DNA from: an uncultured delta proteobacterium
GTDB taxonomy: Bacteria > Myxococcota_A > Polyangia > Polyangiales > JAFGIB01
Length of the DNA stretch: 64,000 nucleotides
Direction: 5' to 3'
Assembly (NCBI GenBank): GCA_963778655.1
Contig: CAVZVA010000010.1
Location: 736,001 to 800,000 of the forward strand
Positions within the stretch are counted from its first letter, which is position 1. Each line of letters begins with the position of its first letter. The position numbers were made by a program, and so were the translations under genes. The notes beneath the pieces are model-generated. The model did no database searches. It worked only from the letters and a program-made list of their open reading frames with translations, and had not been told where the DNA came from. Shown in pieces: positions 34,195-43,716 of the stretch.

Positions 34195-34735
34195 ACGAAG
34201 CCGTCGGCGTACGCGAGCGAGGCGCTGCCCGTGATGTCGTCTCGCATCCAGAGCTGTGTGCCGTGTTCGAGGTCGATGGCGTAGGTGCCCCCGCTCGCCA
34301 TCGCGAAGACTTTGCCTTCGGCCACGACTGGCGAGCCGATCGGAAAGCCGGAGACGGTAAAGCGCCACTGCTCCGTTAGCTGACTCGCGTTCTGAACCGA
34401 GAGCGTCGTCTCGCTGGGATTGAAGTACCAGTTCTTCGCGTCGTAACCCATCATCCTCCATGGGTTCGACGCCCCACTCGTGCTTGCGCCGGTCGTTCCC
34501 CCGTCGGGTGAGGCGGCGTCCGCGACTGCGCGCGATCCGTCCTGCGCCCCAGCGCCGAGCCCCGAGGCGTCGGCCGCCCGTGCATCTGGGCCTGCGATCG
34601 GAACGCTCGTGCTCCCGGAGGGCCCCCCGGCGCCGTCGCCGCTCCCAGCTCCCGCCTGTACGCCCGGCCCGCGTTGCGAGCAACCGGCGACGATCAACAG
34701 CGCGCACAGCGCGGCGCGTGCGTTGGGTCGAACGG
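34131..34735 (-). pseudogene. Truncated PQQ-binding-like beta-propeller lipoprotein
   Basis: Lipobox VAGC, WRMMGYD...FNPSE..LSVQN..QL..QWRF, SPVVAEG; breaks off near 34188 at the RAYT stub; no clear start. Confidence 0.65.
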
Positions 34736-34744
34736 CGTGCGGCC

Positions 34745-35708
34745 GTTCGCGCTCGCGTTCGTGCACTGGGCGGACGACGGCAGCCTCGTGCTCGAAGCGT
34801 TGCAGGTGCCGGGCTCGCTCCCGGATACGGCGCGCGCGTTGTCGAAGATGACCGGTGGCAACGCGCTCTTCGTGCACGAGCTCGTGCGCCACGTGCTCGC
34901 GACTGGAGTCGGGCTCGATGCGGCGCTGCCGCCGAGTCTGCAGCACATCGTCCGCGCGCGGGTCACGAGCTTGCCCGAGGTCAGCGTGGAGCGCCTCGGT
35001 CAAGCGGCCGTGCTCGGGGACGAGCTCACGCTCGCTGCGCTCGCCGCGCTCGCTGGCGTATCGGCTCCGGAGCTCGACCGTGATCTCGAGCCGGTCCTGC
35101 GGAGCGGGCTCTTGCAACGCAGCCCGCGCGAACCGAGCCTTGATCCAAGACGGCGGGCGCACAAGCCTGAGAACCGCTGGTTCGGCGCGTTGTGGAAAGC
35201 GCAGTTTGCGCTCGAGCAAGGCGATCGCGCGCGGGCCGTCGAGCACTTTGCGATCTTGCGCGAAACGAGCTTGAGTCCCGTGCTTGGCGAGCGCAGGTTG
35301 CTCGTCCGACCCGAAACGCTGATGCGCCTCGCCGATGTATGCGCCGAGATCGGGACGCCGGCGGAGATGGAGCAACTCTACGCTGCCCTCTTGCCACGCG
35401 CCGAGTACTGCATCAACGATGGTGTGCTGATCACTTGGGGCTCGTGCTCGCGCGTGCTCGGAGCGCTCGCCTTTGCGCTCGAGCGTTTTGCGGACGCCGA
35501 GCGGCGCTTCGAGAACGCGCTCGCCATGAACCAGCGCATCGGCCATCGCCCCGAGATCGCGAGAACCCAGCTCCAGCTCGCGCGCTTGCGCCTTCGGACG
35601 GGAGCCAGCGGAGCGGCGCGCGCGCTGCTATCCGACGTCGTGCACGACGCGGCCGATATGGGGATGGTCAAGCTGCTCGAGCGCGCGCGAACATTGGCCG
35701 CCGACTGA
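34745..35708 (+). pseudogene. Internally deleted STAND ATPase/TPR regulator remnant
   Basis: HWADDGSL, TGGNALFVHEL, LPPSL..IVRARV and AAVLG are present; Walker A is absent and motif spacing is compressed. Confidence 0.6.
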
Positions 35709-35832
35709 TCCTGAATCACGAGCCCAGCTTGGCTGCGCGCAAACGAAGTAACCCAAGATTCGATCGTGGCCGATAGACCGGCGATCGAGCCTTGCGAGTC
35801 GCTCACGCGTCGGCTCGTCTGCCGGGGCGCAG

Positions 35833-35854
35833 GGGGACGGTCCGGACCGTCCCC
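35833..35854. repeat. Perfect 22-bp palindrome made of two RAYT-element ends
   Basis: GGGGACGGTCC|GGACCGTCCCC, identical to the outer 11 bp of the 24867 and 26062 ends. Confidence 0.8.
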
Positions 35855-37414
35855 TCATTCTCGGGCGTACAGCTCGTCCCAGAGCTCGCGTAGCTCGTGC
35901 AGGGGGTCGTTCTCGAGCCGGACCTCGTTGTCGAAGATCATCGTAGGCCGCGTCTGGCTGTCGTAGGCCGGCCAGTGCGGGATTTCGGAGGTGTTGGGAT
36001 CGCCGGTCTTGGCGAACGCGACCCAGGCTGCCGCGAAGCGTCCCGCCAATGCGCGCGCTTCCGGGGTGTTGCCGGTGAGCCCGCCACCTGCGCTGTTGAA
36101 GGCGAGCCCGACATCGACGCCGTGGACCGCGCCGAACTTGCCGCCCAGCGCCGGCGAGGGCCAGGTGAACAAGTACAAGTACGCGGGGGCTTTGCCCAGG
36201 GCCGCCTTGCGCTCGGCCATGGTCGTGGCGGCGCGGCGTCCCCCGCGGTCGGTCTGCATCCTGGCCAGCAACAGGAACGGCGATGTGTCGGGATAGCGCC
36301 GGCGATACAGCTCGAAGATGCGATCGACATGCTGAGCTGAGCGCCTGCGCTTGCGCAGCGCCTCCTTCACGCCGGCATCGTCGATGTCGAAGCGCCCACC
36401 CATGGCTGCATCGTCGAGCGTGGTGCCGACGATGAGCGGGACGTCGGCGGTGATCTCGGGTGCAGTCGGATCGAAGGGATGGCGCGGAATGGCACTGCCG
36501 TCGACGACCGGCGCAAAGCCCATCGACCGCGTCTCGGTTGCGATCGTGCGCTCCGCCGCGAGCAGTCGGTCGAAGGGCAGCGCCTGCAAGTCGGCGATCT
36601 TGGTCTTGTCGAGGTCGAGCTTGGCCAGCAGTCGCTCCGCCATCTGGGTCGCGAAGTCGCGCGTCATCAGCCGCAGCGCCGAGCCGCTCTGCACGGCGGC
36701 GCGACGGAACAGCCCCTTGGCCGAGGGCATCGCCATCAGCGTGCTGGTCTTGGCGCCGCCGCCCGATTGGCCGAAGACCATCACGGTCTGCGGATCGCCG
36801 CCGAAACGCTCGATGTTGTCGCGTACCCATTCCAGCGCGGCCACCAAGTCGAGCATGCCGGCCGTGCCCGACTGCGCGAATTCCGGACCCGCGAGGTCGC
36901 CCAGGTGCAGGTAGCCGAGCGCGCCCAGCCGGTGATTGACGGTCACCACCACGACATCGCCGAAGCGCGCCAGCGACTTGCCGTTGTAGCCCGGCGTGGA
37001 GCCCGAGCCGCTGGTGAAGCCACCGCCGTGAATCGAGAGCATGACGGCGCGTTTGCGACCGTCGAGGCCCGGCGTCCACACATTGAGAACCAGACAGTCC
37101 TCGCCCATGCCTCCCGGGTGGTTGTCCCAGCCGATCACCCTGCCGTACTCGCTGGTCGCGCCCACCGGTTGCGGCGCCACCGACCCGAACTCGAGCGCGT
37201 CGCGCACGCCCGTCCACGGCATGGGCCTGCTGGGCGGCATGAACCGGTTCTTGCCCGCGGTGCTGCCTCCATAAGGGATGCCCTTGAAGACTTTGATGCC
37301 GCTCACGTCGCATCCGCGAAGACGTCCGTAACGGGTCTCGACCTCCACCAGGTTTGGGCTCTCGTTCGAGTCGGTTCGAGGATCGGTGTCTGAACGGGGT
37401 TCGGTGTTCGCCAT
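35855..37414 (-). CDS. Type-B carboxylesterase (PnbA-like)
   Basis: FKGIPY, EDCLVLNVWTP, HGGGF, FGGDP..V..FGQSGG. Confidence 0.93.
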   Translation of the reverse strand: MANTEPRSDTDPRTDSNESPNLVEVETRYGRLRGCDVSGIKVFKGIPYGGSTAGKNRFMPPSRPMPWTGVRDALEFGSVAPQPVGATSEYGRVIGWDNHPGGMGEDCLVLNVWTPGLDGRKRAVMLSIHGGGFTSGSGSTPGYNGKSLARFGDVVVVTVNHRLGALGYLHLGDLAGPEFAQSGTAGMLDLVAALEWVRDNIERFGGDPQTVMVFGQSGGGAKTSTLMAMPSAKGLFRRAAVQSGSALRLMTRDFATQMAERLLAKLDLDKTKIADLQALPFDRLLAAERTIATETRSMGFAPVVDGSAIPRHPFDPTAPEITADVPLIVGTTLDDAAMGGRFDIDDAGVKEALRKRRRSAQHVDRIFELYRRRYPDTSPFLLLARMQTDRGGRRAATTMAERKAALGKAPAYLYLFTWPSPALGGKFGAVHGVDVGLAFNSAGGGLTGNTPEARALAGRFAAAWVAFAKTGDPNTSEIPHWPAYDSQTRPTMIFDNEVRLENDPLHELRELWDELYARE

Positions 37415-37736
37415 GGCGAGTCTCCCTTGCGGCGCCGGGTTTGGCCGTGATGCTGCACGCTACCAGTAAATCGACTGCTTTGCGCGAAGGGAACCGAGGT
37501 CTGCGAGCCCAAAGAACTGTCTTCTGGGCTCGCCATGGAGCGAGTTGTTTGCGCCGAACAAGTCTGACTCGGGCGTACGTGAGCAGACCGGAGGGCTCTC
37601 AAAACCGGCCTGCACGCCAGCCGATTGGCATGACCCTGGCGCGGTTCCCAATCCACCCCAATCCAGCTTCCGCGCGTACGACGCGGCGGTTGGCTGGCTG
37701 AACCGGTGGTGGACAAAGGGAGGGAGCTGAACCTGC

Positions 37737-38588
37737 CTACTGGGGCATGCCGGTCCAGACCGTCTTTTCGAGCATCGCGGCCTCGACCGCGGCCTGGGCG
37801 TCGGCGCCAGTCGAGCTCTCGGTCAGCGCGAGCATCGCGGTGTCGAGCGCGTACAGGCGGTACTCGTAGCTGCCGGCAAAGCTGCCGCTGCTGCAGGGGC
37901 CGTAGTACGCATGGGGGTCGCTGCCCATGCTCGCGACCTGGTGCGCGCCCGCCGGAGCGGTGAGCGCATAGCCCGAGGGCAAGCCTTCGGGCAGCGTGTG
38001 GACGTTCGCGGGGATGTCCCAGAGCACCCAGTGCAGCATGTTGTAGCGCGTGTCGTAGAGCACGATCGCGAAGCTCTTGGTCTCCGCCGGCCCGCCGGTC
38101 CACGACAGCGCAGGCGACTTGTTCTCGCCGCTGCCCCCGCCGATGGCATCCATGGGACACTTGTTGCGCGCGGGCACGCTGCTGCCCATCGTGAACGCCC
38201 CCGTGTACATCAGCGGTCCGCCGAGGCTGCCGCCCGCGTCGCTGTTCGCCGCCGCGTCCGGCGTCCCCGCGTCGCTGGTCATGCCGCTTGCGCCGGCGCC
38301 GGCTGCGCTGCTCATTCCGCCGGTGCCGATCGTGCCGATCGTGCCGGCCGCGCCGGTCGTCCCGCCGGTGCTGATCGTGCCGCCCGTCCCGATCACGCCG
38401 CCCTCGCCGCTGATCGGAGTCGCGGCCGCGCTACCGCCGCCGCCTGCGGGGACGCCGGTGCCACCGGTCGCCGCCTGGCCCGCGGCTGGAGAGCCGCCGC
38501 CCTTGTTACTGCAGCCGCCCAGCAGCGACAGCGAAAGAGACAACGATAGCAACGCCCAGCAGAAGCGGTTGGAGGGACTCCAATCCAT
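37737..38588 (-). CDS. YbhB/YbcL (PEBP) family lipoprotein
   Basis: Lipobox LGGC, N.SPALSW, HWVLWDIP, YYGPC, YEYRLYALD. Confidence 0.85.
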   Translation of the reverse strand: MDWSPSNRFCWALLSLSLSLSLLGGCSNKGGGSPAAGQAATGGTGVPAGGGGSAAATPISGEGGVIGTGGTISTGGTTGAAGTIGTIGTGGMSSAAGAGASGMTSDAGTPDAAANSDAGGSLGGPLMYTGAFTMGSSVPARNKCPMDAIGGGSGENKSPALSWTGGPAETKSFAIVLYDTRYNMLHWVLWDIPANVHTLPEGLPSGYALTAPAGAHQVASMGSDPHAYYGPCSSGSFAGSYEYRLYALDTAMLALTESSTGADAQAAVEAAMLEKTVWTGMPQ

Positions 38589-38725
38589 CGCACGACCTCG
38601 CAAAGCCTGACCCGGCACCACACCGGCGTCACCCACCGGCCAGCCATGTACCCCGAGCCGCGCACAAGGCGCAACCAAACCCGCCGCGCGCCGGGCCAAA
38701 GCGGCCTGGTGGCGGGACCCTATGC

Positions 38726-39244
38726 TCACGGTTGCGCGAAACAGGTGCTCGGCAGCTGCGCGCGCATGCACGCCGCGCTGTCGAGCTGGCTGCGCAGCCA
38801 CGAGGTCAGGCACACGTCGGCGTCGTCGCCTGCATGGATCAGGGTGCCGCCCTTGTGGTGCTCGAGCCCGCGCGCCTTGCGGATCAGCGACAGCCGCTCA
38901 GGGCGCGCGCCGCCGCCGGCGATCACCGCGCTCATCGCCGCGGGCTCGAGCGCGACCACCGACTCGTAGTCCTGATCGATCTCGCCGGCAGTGGTGCAGG
39001 CGGGCGAGAGCGGGCGGTCGCTCGGTGCCCAGCGCAGGCCTTCGTTGCCGTAGAGCCGCAGGTTACGCCCGACCTGGCCGTGGCAGTCGAGCGTGCCGCA
39101 GTGGTGGTCCAAGAGCTGCGCCACCAGCGGGAACGAGGCGCTGTCGGGCAGCAGCTCGTGCACCCGCGCGTCGGCCGCCGGCACCGTGCACGCCCACGGC
39201 CCCAGCGCCAGCACCAAGAGCAGTGCCGCGCGCAAGCGGCTCAT
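38726..39244 (-). CDS. Lipoprotein with atypical CX4CH putative heme-binding motif
   Basis: Lipobox PWAC, CGTLDCH, HHKGG; ATGA-coupled to the upstream gene. Confidence 0.65.
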   Translation of the reverse strand: MSRLRAALLLVLALGPWACTVPAADARVHELLPDSASFPLVAQLLDHHCGTLDCHGQVGRNLRLYGNEGLRWAPSDRPLSPACTTAGEIDQDYESVVALEPAAMSAVIAGGGARPERLSLIRKARGLEHHKGGTLIHAGDDADVCLTSWLRSQLDSAACMRAQLPSTCFAQP

Positions 39245-39759
39245 GGTGGCACGCTCCCGTCGTCGAGCCGCACGTACACATGGCCCGGCGAGGCGGGTCC
39301 GGCCGGGTCGACGTGACAGCCGGCGCAGGAGCCGTCGCGGCCGATATTGGTGTGCATCAACGTGCGTTGGCCCTGAAAGCTCACGCTGGTCTGCAGCGGA
39401 TACACTGGGCGATACTGATCCGGGTAGACGTAGAAGTTGCCCGCCCGGTTGGTCACCACCTCGAACGGCGCGCCGTCCGCGCCCTGCAGCTCGACGGTGG
39501 CGCCCTCGGCCGGCTGCGTGCCGCTCGGCTGCAGATAGACCGTACCGGCTACGCTGAACGCCTCCGGATCGCCGAGCGCGCCGTCGTGGCACAGCAAGCA
39601 GGGCTGGCCCGGCCGGTGCTCCGGCCCGCGGCGCACGCCGCGTGCTTCGCCGCCGAGCGCGGCGATCGCGTTGTCGTGCACGGGGTCACAGGCCGCGAGC
39701 GGCGCGCAGGCGAGCCACAGCAACAGCAACGAGCGTGGGAGCGTTGTGCGCATGCTCAT
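39241..39759 (-). CDS. Diheme c-type cytochrome lipoprotein
   Basis: Lipobox LAAC, CLLCH and CAGCH; ATGA-coupled on both sides. Confidence 0.75.
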   Translation of the reverse strand: MSMRTTLPRSLLLLWLACAPLAACDPVHDNAIAALGGEARGVRRGPEHRPGQPCLLCHDGALGDPEAFSVAGTVYLQPSGTQPAEGATVELQGADGAPFEVVTNRAGNFYVYPDQYRPVYPLQTSVSFQGQRTLMHTNIGRDGSCAGCHVDPAGPASPGHVYVRLDDGSVPP

Positions 39760-41054
39760 AGCTGGGCCTGCAGCGACAGCGCGGTCAGCGCGGACAGCCT
39801 TGAGCTCAGGTACAGGTCGTCGAGATAGCGCGTGTCGGTGAGATTGACGTCCCATCCCAGCTGCCAGCGCATCGGGTCGCCGGCCGGCCCCAGGCCGAGC
39901 CGCACGCTCGCGCCTGCGGTGACGCCCACCAGCGGTCCCAGCTCGCGATCGCCGGTGCGCAGCGCCGGCAGATCGAAGCCCGGCTGCAGCACGTACGCGC
40001 GCTGCCAGAAGCTGACCGCGTTCTGGGCGTGCACGCGCAGGTGCGGGCCGAGCTCCCAGCGCCGCCCCAGATCGAGCAGATAGCGCGCGTCGGTCGAGCT
40101 CGCCAGCAGCGCCCACGAGTCCGCGTACAGGCGCTCGTCGGCGCGCAGTGTCGAGCGCGCGAAGCGATGGGCCAGCCGCAGGCTGAGCGCGAAGCGATCG
40201 CGCGACAGCGGCAGCTGCTCGAGCGGGCGCGCGGAGACGCGCAGCTGGTTGACCAGCTCGACCGAGGCGCCGGCCGGCACCGCCGTGCCCGGCGCAAACA
40301 GCGGCACGTAGCGATAGGGCTTGGAGGGATCGCCGTGCTCGATCACCGCGTCCGCCAGCACCGACCCGATCGTGGCCTGGTCGAGAACCAGCGTGAGCCC
40401 GGCCTTGATGCTCTCGCGGTCGAGCCTGCGCGAGAACACCGAGAACGGCGTGCCCGAGCGGCCGGCGATGTCGTGGCCGTGGCTGAAGCCGAGCAGCAGG
40501 GTGGCGTTCTGATCGGCCAGGTCCTGGCTCAGCGTGCCGCCCGCGGCCCACGACAGGTAGTCCGGCTCGCTCGAGACCACACCGGTAGCCGCCACGCCGA
40601 ACGCGCCCGGCTTGTACGACGCGTCGAGCGTGCCGGCGTGACGCATCTCGACCCAGCGCCGCGACGCGGTCGAGACGATGTCGACCGAGGCGGCCGACAC
40701 CACGTCGAGCAAGTACTGCCCGCCCGCGCTCCAGCCCGCGACCGGGTTGGAGACGCTGCCGGAGAGCGACGGCGTGAGCACGTACACGTGGTCCGAGTCG
40801 GCGTAGCCGGCGATCTCGGTTCGGGCGTCGACGCGCAGCGACGAGGGCGCAGCGACGTCGGGCTCGGCGCCGGTGTTGCCGGCGCGCGCCGGCGGCGTCG
40901 CGTCCGCCGATTCGCCGCCGGCCAGTGCACCCGCCGCCGCGCTGGTCGGCGGCGGCGGGCTCGCCTGCTGCCCGCGCGCGGTGCCAAGCAAGGCGAAGCC
41001 GGTCAGCGCGGCTGCGGCCAGCCCATATCGCGGGTGCCGCGTTCTCAATTGCAT
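39756..41054 (-). CDS. DUF3570 family outer-membrane beta-barrel-like protein
   Basis: DVVSAASVD, SEPDY.S, PY..V, E.LP..R.R, RLY.DSW; follows DUF4266. Confidence 0.8.
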   Translation of the reverse strand: MQLRTRHPRYGLAAAALTGFALLGTARGQQASPPPPTSAAAGALAGGESADATPPARAGNTGAEPDVAAPSSLRVDARTEIAGYADSDHVYVLTPSLSGSVSNPVAGWSAGGQYLLDVVSAASVDIVSTASRRWVEMRHAGTLDASYKPGAFGVAATGVVSSEPDYLSWAAGGTLSQDLADQNATLLLGFSHGHDIAGRSGTPFSVFSRRLDRESIKAGLTLVLDQATIGSVLADAVIEHGDPSKPYRYVPLFAPGTAVPAGASVELVNQLRVSARPLEQLPLSRDRFALSLRLAHRFARSTLRADERLYADSWALLASSTDARYLLDLGRRWELGPHLRVHAQNAVSFWQRAYVLQPGFDLPALRTGDRELGPLVGVTAGASVRLGLGPAGDPMRWQLGWDVNLTDTRYLDDLYLSSRLSALTALSLQAQL

Positions 41055-41314
41055 CCGCAGCCACCGCCTGCGGAGTCGCCGCCGCCAACCGCGCCTTCCT
41101 GCACCGAGCGCACGTGCTGCTCGCTCGGCCCGGCCAGATCCGAGATCGCCATGCTGGGGTGGGCGAGCCGCTCGCGCTGGTACGGAGCGACGTGCGCGCA
41201 GCCCGCGAGCACGAAGGCGAGCACGAGCGCGAGCCACCAGCACGCGGCCCGCGCGTGGCCGGCGCGCGCGAGGCGGCAGCTGAGCCGGGCGTGGTCGCGC
41301 TGGGGGGACCGCAT
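41045..41314 (-). CDS. DUF4266 family lipoprotein
   Basis: LAGCAHVAPYQRERLAHP.M...GGGCGCN C-terminus. Confidence 0.9.
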   Translation of the reverse strand: MRSPQRDHARLSCRLARAGHARAACWWLALVLAFVLAGCAHVAPYQRERLAHPSMAISDLAGPSEQHVRSVQEGAVGGGDSAGGGCGCN

Positions 41315-41456
41315 GGTGCCAAGGGTGGCGTGCCGCGCGCGTGCCCGCGTCGCCGCACAGACCAGTACCACGAGCGTGATCGCGCCAGTCAGCAGCGCGG
41401 TCTTTTTTCGCGCCGCCGCCCGCCGCCGGGGCCCGCGATTGGGCTACAGTCCGGCC

Positions 41457-42125
41457 ATGCTCGAGTTGCAACGAGACGACGGTGTGTGGGTCCTGCACAT
41501 GCGGGGCGGCGAGAACCGTTTTAACCTCGACTCGCTTCAGGCGATCCACCGCGCGCTGGACGAGGTTGAAGCCTCGACCGAGGCGGGCGCGCTGGTCACG
41601 GTCGGCGAGGGCAAGTTCTACTCCAACGGGCTCGACCTCGAGTGGATGTCCGCCGCGGGGCGCGAGCGCGCCGAGGCCAACATCGATCAAGTGCACGCGC
41701 TGCTCGGCCGCCTGCTTGCGTTTCCACTGATCACCGTGGCCGCGCTCAACGGCCACACCTTCGCGGCCGGCGCGATGCTGGCGCTGGCGCACGACTTTCG
41801 CGTCATGCGTACCGAGCGTGGCTACTTCTGCCTGCCCGAGGTCGACATCCGCATCCCGTTCACGCCGGCGATGAGCGCGATGATCCAGGCGCGGCTGTCC
41901 AAGGCGACCGCGCACGAAGCCATGGTCACGGGCCGGCGCTACAGCGCCGAGCAGGCGCTGCAGGCGGGCATCGTGCAGCAGATCGCCGCCGAGCAGCAGG
42001 TGCTGCCGGCTGCGCTCGCGCTCGCCAAGAGCCTTTCGGGCAAGGACCGCGCGACGCTCGCCACGATCAAGCAGACCGCCTACCGCTCCGCGCTCGACGC
42101 GCTGGCCGCGGCGCGCGCGAAATGA
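41457..42125 (+). CDS. Enoyl-CoA hydratase/isomerase (delta-isomerase-like)
   Basis: ENRFN, FYSNGLDL, NGHTFAAG, LPEVD. Confidence 0.88.
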   Translation: MLELQRDDGVWVLHMRGGENRFNLDSLQAIHRALDEVEASTEAGALVTVGEGKFYSNGLDLEWMSAAGRERAEANIDQVHALLGRLLAFPLITVAALNGHTFAAGAMLALAHDFRVMRTERGYFCLPEVDIRIPFTPAMSAMIQARLSKATAHEAMVTGRRYSAEQALQAGIVQQIAAEQQVLPAALALAKSLSGKDRATLATIKQTAYRSALDALAAARAK

Positions 42126-42167
42126 GCGCTCGCGCTCACGACTGACGCTCCAAATCAGAGCTCGCGA

Positions 42168-43529
42168 TCAGGGGTCGGGCGCGTCCGGGTTGGGGCGGCG
42201 CTCGGCGTCGCGCACGATCGGGCGCGACAGCGTGCCGAGCGCGGGCCGCACCGAGATCACGCGCAGGAACAGCCGCGGGAGCTCGCGCCGCAGGCGCGCG
42301 CGCACCCCGCCCGCCATGAAGCCCAGCGCCAGCGCGCGCCCGCCCGCGGACAGCAGGAACAGCGTCTTGTACGGCAGCAGCACCTCGCCCCGCAGGTAGC
42401 CGCCGGCGAGCCCGCCGACCAGCTGGCCCGAGCTGCCCATGGTGCTCGCCAGCGACAGGAACTCCACCCGGCACTCCGGGCGCGCGCTGATCAGCAGCAG
42501 CTGGAAGCTCGCGTACTCCAGCCCGCCCCAGCCCAGGCCGCTCAGCACCTGCACCAGCGAGAGCCCGAGCACGCCGTCGAACACCACCCACAGCGCCGGC
42601 AGAAACACCACCACTACTCCGCTCGCCAGCAGCACCTTGCGCATGCCGAAGCGCTCCGACAGCGGATGCACCAGCGGCAGAAAGAGCGCCTTGACCACGA
42701 TCGGAATCGCGATCAGGCCGGCGTAGCTGGCGTAGTCCAGCTTGAGCACGCGCAACATGTAGGGCGTGAAGAACGGCACCGCGATGTTCGCCCCGAGCAT
42801 CAGCGCGGCCAGATAGGTCGCCACGCGGAAATCGGCGCTGTCGGCCGCGACGCGCACCGCCTGCAGGCTCTGGCGCACGCTGCGGGTGTGGGTCTCGATG
42901 TCCGGCTGCAACGCGAGCATTGCCGTGCTGGCCACGCGAAAGCCGAAGCCGCACAGCTGCAGCCAGGCGAAGGCGTGCAGCTTGGCGCTCTCGCTGGCGC
43001 CGGCCGCCTGCAACACCGCGCCGGCCGCGCCGAAGCCGCACAGCAGCGCCGCCTGCACCAGCGCCGCCCGGCGCGCGAAGTAGCGCTCGCGCTGCCGGCC
43101 CTCGGTCAGGTCGGCCATCCACGAGCTCCAGGGCGGGCCTACGATCAGCGCGCACACGTAATAGACGCATTGCATCGCCAGCAGCGGCCCGAGCGCGCGA
43201 ACGCCGCGCGCGGAGATCAGCGCGAGCCCGAGCAAGCTCAGCGCCTGCAGCCCCGCGCCCAGCACCACCACGCGCTTGCGCCGGCCTAGCCACGCGCCCA
43301 GCGGTCCGGCCAGCAGCTGGGTGGCCGAGCCCAGCAGCACCGGGACCGTGAGCAGCAGCGCCAGCGCGGTGTCGCGGTGGCCCAGCTCGACCGCCAGCGC
43401 GCCGAAGTAGCTCTCGCTCACCCCGACCATCAGCGCGTACAGGCCGCCGTCCAGGTTGGAGATCGACAGCGCGCGGCGCGCCCGCAGCTCGTGCTCGCTC
43501 GCTCGCAGGGCCGCTTGGTCGACGGTCAT
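42168..43529 (-). CDS. MFS transporter
   Basis: About 12 TM helices; GPPWSSWMADL...R.RYFARR. Confidence 0.8.
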   Translation of the reverse strand: MTVDQAALRASEHELRARRALSISNLDGGLYALMVGVSESYFGALAVELGHRDTALALLLTVPVLLGSATQLLAGPLGAWLGRRKRVVVLGAGLQALSLLGLALISARGVRALGPLLAMQCVYYVCALIVGPPWSSWMADLTEGRQRERYFARRAALVQAALLCGFGAAGAVLQAAGASESAKLHAFAWLQLCGFGFRVASTAMLALQPDIETHTRSVRQSLQAVRVAADSADFRVATYLAALMLGANIAVPFFTPYMLRVLKLDYASYAGLIAIPIVVKALFLPLVHPLSERFGMRKVLLASGVVVVFLPALWVVFDGVLGLSLVQVLSGLGWGGLEYASFQLLLISARPECRVEFLSLASTMGSSGQLVGGLAGGYLRGEVLLPYKTLFLLSAGGRALALGFMAGGVRARLRRELPRLFLRVISVRPALGTLSRPIVRDAERRPNPDAPDP

Positions 43530-43676
43530 GACTGGAGCGCTTGAACGCGGGGCGGCTCAAGCTTGCCACGCCTTGGGGCGCTGATTCACTCGTCCAGCCG
43601 CGGGCCGTGCCCCGCTCTGCGCTATCTCTTCGCAGGGGCTCGCTTTTTCGTGGGAGCCCGCGCCGGCTTGGAGCCT

Positions 43677-43700
43677 CTACCTGTACATAGTTTCAGGTAG
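43677..43700. promoter_or_regulatory. Putative LexA (SOS) box
   Basis: CTACCTG-TACATAGTTT-CAGGTAG palindrome (CTG-N10-CAG core) 16 bp upstream of the radical SAM gene. Confidence 0.6.
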
Positions 43701-43716
43701 CGCATAGGCTCATCGC

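Noticed and set aside
39241..41915. 705-aa and 719-aa ORFs as giant fusion proteins
   Set aside because: The N-terminal parts are shadow frames; real starts with signal peptides and overlap coupling are at 39759 and 41054.
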